DNA of 64,000 nucleotides from Myxococcota bacterium (GTDB lineage Bacteria; Myxococcota_A; UBA796; CAJQPC01), in assembly GCA_036012755.1 (NCBI GenBank), contig DASCPX010000027.1:192001-256000 (forward strand), read 5' to 3'. The translations under genes and the position numbers were made by a program. The notes under the pieces were generated by a model. That model did no database searches, was not told the origin of the DNA, and saw nothing but the letters and a program-made list of their open reading frames with translations. Shown here in pieces: positions 59,067 through 64,000 of this stretch. Numbering within the stretch: the stretch's first letter is position 1; each line of letters starts with the position of its first letter.

Positions 59067-59811
59067 GCCAGGCGAGGTCTGCGAGGGCCCCTGAGTGAGT
59101 CAGGTCCGCGCTCAGCGGCGTGACGGTCGCGTAGCCCTGCTGGCAGAGCGGTCCGTCGCTCCCCTGGATGGGAGCAAAGCTGCTGTGTGTGCCCCCGATC
59201 CAATAGTAGGGCCTCCCGCGTGGGTCCTCACGCGCATCGACGAGGGGCTCGTACTCACGGATGCCCAGCCGCGCTGGCACGATGCCTCGGAGGTCGTCCC
59301 ATGCCCGATCGGGCACGTTCACGTTGAGCACCGTCCGGGGCTCGCTGCCGTGGGCCAGCACACCCTCGACGACCTGCTTTGCCACGACGGCGGCGGTGTC
59401 GAAGTGGAGCAGGTCCTTCGGGGTGCCGGGTTGGAAGTACAGGGAGATCGCCAGGCTGGGCAGGCCGAGCAGCGCGCCCTCCATCGCCGCTGCCACCGTG
59501 CCGCTGTAGAGCACGTCATTGCCGAGGTTGGCGCCACGGTTGATACCGGAGACCACCACGTCCGGGGGCTGCGGCATCAGGTGGTGGATCCCGAGGTACA
59601 CGGAGTCGGCGGGAGTCCCGGAGACAGAGAACCACCGCGGGCGCTGCTCGGTAGCCCTCAGGGGCTTGTGCATCGTCAGCGCGTGCGATCGCGCGGACTG
59701 CTCGCGCTCCGGAGCGACCACCCAGACCTCGCCCAGCTCCGAGAGGACCTCTGCGAGGGGTGGGAGGCCGCGAGCGTAGAAGCCATCATCGTTTGCGAGG
59801 AGTATCCGCAT
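59059..59811 (-). CDS. surE: 5'/3'-nucleotidase SurE
   Basis: 'ILLANDDG', 'GTPAD' and 'SGINRGANLG...YSGTVAAA'. Confidence 0.96.
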   Translation of the reverse strand: MRILLANDDGFYARGLPPLAEVLSELGEVWVVAPEREQSARSHALTMHKPLRATEQRPRWFSVSGTPADSVYLGIHHLMPQPPDVVVSGINRGANLGNDVLYSGTVAAAMEGALLGLPSLAISLYFQPGTPKDLLHFDTAAVVAKQVVEGVLAHGSEPRTVLNVNVPDRAWDDLRGIVPARLGIREYEPLVDAREDPRGRPYYWIGGTHSSFAPIQGSDGPLCQQGYATVTPLSADLTHSGALADLAWLR

Positions 59812-59889
59812 GCCCTGGCGGACTAGCACGGGATCCGGCGTGGCGCTCGCGCCCTCTTCTGGGTAGGAAAGTCGCGGGAGCGGACCACT

Positions 59890-60270
59890 ATGCGTCCCTA
59901 CATTGCGGACCTGTTCCGTCGCATGCGAGACCCGGATCCACGCGAGCAGGATGCGGCCTTCGACGCCGTCCTCTTCGAGCGGGAGAGAGCGGTCCCCGAT
60001 CTCGTCGCTGCCTACGTGCAGTTCGAGCAGGACACGCTCCTGCGCTTCTTTGCCGTGCAGCTCCTTGGCTTCTCCGGGTCTCCGGACGCCGTCGCGCTGC
60101 TCGTCACGGCGCTGGACGACGTGGACCCGATCATCCGGGCAGAGGCCTGCCGCTCGCTCGAGGACCTCCGCGCCACAGACGCCATCGCCGTTCTCCGTGC
60201 TCGGCTCCAGGACGTCGACGCCAACGTGCGTGAGGCCGCCCGGGAGGCGCTGTCGGCCCTGGGGCGCTAG
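59890..60270 (+). CDS. HEAT-repeat protein
   Basis: GGAG RBS, 'LDDVDPIIRAEACRSL' and 'LQDVDANVREAAREAL'. Confidence 0.8.
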   Translation: MRPYIADLFRRMRDPDPREQDAAFDAVLFERERAVPDLVAAYVQFEQDTLLRFFAVQLLGFSGSPDAVALLVTALDDVDPIIRAEACRSLEDLRATDAIAVLRARLQDVDANVREAAREALSALGR

Positions 60271-60284
60271 CGCTGCTGGCCTGC

Positions 60285-61013
60285 GTGGAGCGTGGAGACA
60301 CCTCCCATTTCGTAGCCGCCGCAGAGGCCACTGATCTGACGACTGCGGCCGCTGCTTGCGGGCGTATCGACGAGGACAGCCTCAGGGGGGAGTGCGCGAG
60401 CCACGTCGTCCGGGAGCTGGGCTCCGAGGACATCGAGGCCGCAGCCGAAGCCTGCGAGGTCGCCTCCGGGGCGTGGCGGGACGAGTGCCTCTTCGTCCTC
60501 GCCGAGATCGACCCGAGCCCCGCCGCGGACTCAGCCCGCTGGTGCCGCCAGGCCGGGCGCTACACCATCAGCTGTCTCATGCACCTCTGGCAGGGCGAGG
60601 CCGCAAGCCTCAAGCGAGAACACCCGATGGAGGAGGCGGTCCAGCGCTACGCAGAGGCCCTGGCGTGGGCTGGAGAGGACCTCGACGACACCCTCACCCG
60701 CCGGGCCTGGGGGCTGTTCTACCGGACCGAGCTCGACCCGGCGCGCCCCCTCGACACCTCCTCGTGCGCGGCGTTGCCCGAGCCTCACCCGCGCTACTGC
60801 CGAGCCGGGACGCAGGAGGCGCTGGGCCGTGGGCTCAACGTCTGGGTTCGGGCCAACGGCCCGGCGGCGCTCATGCAGGCGTGCGGGCTCCCCGACGACG
60901 TCTCGCGCGCCGAGGCCATCGGCCGCATCACCGGCCTCACCTACGAGCCCGCGGGGGGCCTCGACGCCATCGCCTCCGAGCAGCTGGCAAGCCACTGTGA
61001 AAGAGGACCCTAA
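60285..61013 (+). CDS. Cys-rich helical hypothetical protein
   Basis: Repeated 'AAAC...ECxx' units. Start uncertain. Confidence 0.55.
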   Translation: MERGDTSHFVAAAEATDLTTAAAACGRIDEDSLRGECASHVVRELGSEDIEAAAEACEVASGAWRDECLFVLAEIDPSPAADSARWCRQAGRYTISCLMHLWQGEAASLKREHPMEEAVQRYAEALAWAGEDLDDTLTRRAWGLFYRTELDPARPLDTSSCAALPEPHPRYCRAGTQEALGRGLNVWVRANGPAALMQACGLPDDVSRAEAIGRITGLTYEPAGGLDAIASEQLASHCERGP

Positions 61014-61140
61014 GTGATCCGAGGGGTACGGCATTGGGCCGGACCGAGGAGGTCACTCCGAGGAGGCTCGAACCTGGCGCGCTGACGCCGGCCAGAGACG
61101 CTCACCGGAGGGATGATGAACACGAGCTGATGGAGAGCCC

Positions 61141-62556
61141 ATGATCACGGGCTCTACAAGGGCCTTCGATCCATTCGCCCGCCGGAGCCTTCGCCAGGCT
61201 CTGGAGCGGGTCCGTACGTCTACGCGAAGACTGAGTAGCGGTGAGCGCATCACCAAGGCGGCCGACGACGCCGCTGGACTCGCGATCGCGGAGGGGTTGG
61301 ACTCGCGCGCGCGAAGCCGCAGAGCCGCGATTGGCAACATCGGGGACGGGATGAATGCGCTCGCGGTGGCAGACAGCGGGCTCTCGGAGATCGCCGACCT
61401 CCTCAAGCGCGCGCGGGAGCTCGCGATCCAGGCCGCCTCCGGTGCCCTCGACGGCCCCTCGAGAGCGCTGGTGCAGCAGGAGTTCGATGCGACCTTGGAC
61501 TCGATCGACCACGTCGCCTACTCGACGATGTGGGGCAACCGCCCGCTGTTGTCCAAGCCACAGGTGGACGTCGGCCTCATCGTCGATGTCTCCGGCTCGA
61601 TGGGCGGTGAGATCGCCCAGGTCAAGGCATCGATCTCCAGCTTCGTCAGTGACATCTCCGCCTTCGACCTGGACGCCGGCCTCGGCCTCGCCGAGATGGG
61701 ACCCGACTCGATCGACGGCGTGAAGCTGGAGGCGGCCGTAGCGGATCCGGACTTCGACGATGCCCTCGATGACCTCGACATCTGGGGTGTGAGCCCGATG
61801 GATCCCTACAGCGCGCTCCTGAACGCCTCTGGAGTCTCGGATCTGCCTGGAGAGAACGACCCGGACAGCTTCGCCTGGCGTCCTGGCGCTCAGCGGAAGG
61901 TGCTGGTCCTCATCACCGACACTGGGCGGGAGGCCAAGTACATCTCGACCTCTGAGAGCGCGGTCGCCACCAAGCTCGAGAAGGCCGGGATCGAAGTCCA
62001 CACCATCAACCCAGGGAGCAAGAACTCGACCTTCGATGACATCGCGTCGCAGACCGGGGGCTCCGTCTGGGACATCGGGGGCAGCACCGGCAGCGGCATC
62101 CCGGCGGCGCTGGCCGGCATCGCGGCGACCTTCGCCGACGAAGACGGCCTGCAGGAGATGGAGATCCAGGTGGATCCCACCAGCGGCATCGCCGGCCGCA
62201 TCGCCGTGGCAGCGCCGGTAGACTCGACCATGAGAGGCCTGGGAGTCGACGAGCTCGACGTCAGCACGGTCTCTGGCGCGACAGGCGCCCTGGACACGAT
62301 CGACTCGGCGCTCGACACCGTGAACTCGGCGCGGGCAGCCGTGGGCGCGAGCCACAACCGCCTCGAGCACGCCCTCTCCTACGAGGAGGGTGCGCTGGTC
62401 CAAGACGAGGCCAGCGAGTCCCGCATCCGCGACGCTGACATGGCCCGAGAAGCCGCCGAGTCGGCCAAGGCCCAGATCCTCGCCCAGACGACGACGACGC
62501 TGATGGCCCAGCTGCGCCGCGCCCACCGCGAGACGCTGACGACCCTGCTGTCCTGA
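61141..62556 (+). CDS. fliC: Flagellin with inserted von Willebrand factor A domain
   Basis: N-domain '[22 protein letters not shown]...[10 protein letters not shown]', C-domain '[13 protein letters not shown]...[13 protein letters not shown]...QILAQ' and central 'IVDVSGSM...LITD'. Confidence 0.88.
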   Translation: MITGSTRAFDPFARRSLRQALERVRTSTRRLSSGERITKAADDAAGLAIAEGLDSRARSRRAAIGNIGDGMNALAVADSGLSEIADLLKRARELAIQAASGALDGPSRALVQQEFDATLDSIDHVAYSTMWGNRPLLSKPQVDVGLIVDVSGSMGGEIAQVKASISSFVSDISAFDLDAGLGLAEMGPDSIDGVKLEAAVADPDFDDALDDLDIWGVSPMDPYSALLNASGVSDLPGENDPDSFAWRPGAQRKVLVLITDTGREAKYISTSESAVATKLEKAGIEVHTINPGSKNSTFDDIASQTGGSVWDIGGSTGSGIPAALAGIAATFADEDGLQEMEIQVDPTSGIAGRIAVAAPVDSTMRGLGVDELDVSTVSGATGALDTIDSALDTVNSARAAVGASHNRLEHALSYEEGALVQDEASESRIRDADMAREAAESAKAQILAQTTTTLMAQLRRAHRETLTTLLS

Positions 62557-62566
62557 TCACGGCAGG

Positions 62567-62703
62567 GCGACGGACCCCGCCAACCGTGTGGCTGGCGGGG
62601 CGTCATGGTCGGGGCGACTGGATTCAACCGGCCATCGCATGGCAGCGACGGACCCCGCCAACCGTGTGGCTGGCGGGGCGTCATGGTCGGGGCGACTGGA
62701 TTC
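62567..62703. repeat. 59-bp direct repeat (tRNA-Pro 3' end plus downstream hairpin), period 78
   Basis: gcgacggaccccgccaaccgtgtggctggcggggcgtcatggtcggggcgactggattc at 62567-62625 and 62645-62703. Confidence 0.9.
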
Positions 62704-62760
62704 GAACCAGCGACCACTTGACCCCCAGTCAAGTGCGCTACCAGACTGCGCTACGCCCCG
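62684..62760 (-). tRNA. tRNA-Pro (anticodon GGG)
   Basis: CGGGGCGTAGCGCAGTCTGGTAGCGCACTTGACTGGGGGTCAAGTGGTCGCTGGTTCGAATCCAGTCGCCCCGACCA, 77 nt. Confidence 0.96.
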
Positions 62761-62799
62761 TCAGAAGCCCACGAGAGGTATCCACCCCCCACTCCCGGG

Positions 62800-63174
62800 T
62801 CAAATCGGGCCGAGGCCCGCGACGTCGGCCTTCAGGCGCGCGAGACCGTCGCGCAGTTCCTGCAAGCGGCTAGCTGCCTCGCGGAGCTTGTCCAGCTCGA
62901 CCGCCGAGTCCGTGCTCGAGCTGGCTCCGCCCCCGCTCAGTGCCTTGCGAGCACCGGCGATCGTGAAGCCCTGCGCGTGGAGCAGCTTGCGGATCCGGAG
63001 GAACCTCGCGATGTCCTTCTTGCGATAGAGGCGCTGCCCGCTGCTCGACCGGTGCGGTCGCATGCGGAACTCCCCCTCCCAGTATCGGAGGACGTGCGGC
63101 TCCACTCCCACGAGCTCGGCGACCTCGCCGATGCGGAAGTAGAGCTTGTCGGGAATCCCGGAGGTCTCGCTCAC
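62800..63174 (-). CDS. MerR-family transcriptional regulator (ihfA-linked)
   Basis: '[30 protein letters not shown]...GFTIAGAR'. Confidence 0.92.
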   Translation of the reverse strand: MSETSGIPDKLYFRIGEVAELVGVEPHVLRYWEGEFRMRPHRSSSGQRLYRKKDIARFLRIRKLLHAQGFTIAGARKALSGGGASSSTDSAVELDKLREAASRLQELRDGLARLKADVAGLGPI

Positions 63175-63470
63175 GCGATCACGCCGTTGTCGGCCTCGCC
63201 GTTGAGCGCAGCCTTGAGCACCTGGCTCGGCTTGAACGTGAGCACCTTGCGCGCGCTGATCACGATGGTCTCGTTGGTCTGCGGGTTTCGACCCTTGCGC
63301 GCGGCCTTGCGGCGCACCACGAAGTTGCCGAAGCCGGAGATCTTGATCTTGTCCCCGGACTCGAGCGCCTGCTTCATCTCCTCGAAGACGGCCTCGACGA
63401 TCTCGGCCGCCTCCTTCTTGGAGAAACCCACGTTCTCGTAGATGCGCTCGACCAGATCGGCCTTCGTCAT
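63171..63470 (-). CDS. ihfA: Integration host factor subunit alpha
   Basis: 'MTKADL', 'KISGFGNF', 'RKGRNPQT' and 'VLTFKPS'. Upstream of merR and tRNA-Pro. Confidence 0.92.
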   Translation of the reverse strand: MTKADLVERIYENVGFSKKEAAEIVEAVFEEMKQALESGDKIKISGFGNFVVRRKAARKGRNPQTNETIVISARKVLTFKPSQVLKAALNGEADNGVIA

Positions 63471-63568
63471 CGTTCGGCTCGCGTTGGTGGTGGTGGGCAA
63501 CGTTTTTCCTTCCGTTTCGCGGGTTTCGCTCGCTTTCGAGAAAGCGGGTCCGATACTATCGCAAGTGC

Positions 63569-64000
63569 TCAGTCGCCGGTATCACCAGAGCCTTCCGCTC
63601 CCGGATCCGTATCACCGACGACGTCCAACAGTTCGACAGCAAGGGTGTCGGTGCGGATCTCGCCATCGGTCGCGAAGGACTCGATCTCGAGCACCCAGAT
63701 CGACTCGTCGAAGGCGTCCTGGGACAGGCTGAACTCCACAGCCTCGCGCCCGTCCGCCCTCGCGATGACGCGCACGAGGTCGACCTGATCCGCGTAGTCC
63801 GCGTCGACCACCACGCTCACCGTGTGGGTGGTGCCCGCCGGTCCGCCTCCGGGGTCAGCCGTGGCGCTGCCAACGACGACCGCTCCGGTGTTCGAGGAGA
63901 GCTCGGTGCTGACGCTGTCGAGCAGGTCGTCGACGCCGACCTCGATGCTCAGCAAGTCGGTCCCGTTGATCTGCTCGTACTCCACCTCGGCCTCGTCGCA
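63569..64000 (-). CDS. Acidic hypothetical protein (5' partial)
   Basis: Frame is open to the window edge and the product is acidic and beta-rich. Confidence 0.55.
   Translation of the reverse strand, partial: CDEAEVEYEQINGTDLLSIEVGVDDLLDSVSTELSSNTGAVVVGSATADPGGGPAGTTHTVSVVVDADYADQVDLVRVIARADGREAVEFSLSQDAFDESIWVLEIESFATDGEIRTDTLAVELLDVVGDTDPGAEGSGDTGD

Noticed and set aside
61011..61060. Sigma28 promoter for the flagellin
   Set aside because: No TAAA-N15-GCCGATAA match with correct spacing.
62567..62703. Possible CRISPR mini-array
   Set aside because: Only two 59-bp copies with a 19-nt gap, derived from the tRNA 3' end, and no cas genes.

Overview
High-GC, gene-dense (about 70 CDS) chromosomal segment. 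The gene content suggests a Myxococcota/deltaproteobacterium-like organism (inference from the FHA-GAF sigma54 activator, Ser/Thr kinase, split RdgC pair, TonB-like pair, DT-repeat lipoproteins and the ihfA-merR-tRNA-Pro cluster near surE). Most genes are housekeeping or metabolic: tatBC, methylmalonyl-CoA mutase with meaB, biotin carboxylase and BCCP, lon, thiolase, two CaiB CoA-transferases, coaE, apt, surE, rpsR, ygfZ and ihfA. There are two tRNAs (Arg-CCG, Pro-GGG). No CRISPR array, rRNA, integrase or transposase was seen. The top finding is an orphan flagellin with a complete MIDAS-type von Willebrand A domain inserted (61141-62556), beside a duplicated tRNA-Pro 3' end. Other findings are a protein with tandem Hfq/Sm-like domains upstream of a split RdgC pair, and two M14 paralogs that appear to have lost complementary catalytic residues. 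The window also holds a secreted pseudo-caspase, a mutase fused to a remnant of its own small subunit, an orphan Cys-free S18 and a histone-H1-like multi-HTH protein. Several exported proteins share ultra-short signal peptides with no basic n-region. All family calls come from motif recognition by eye, not from database searches.
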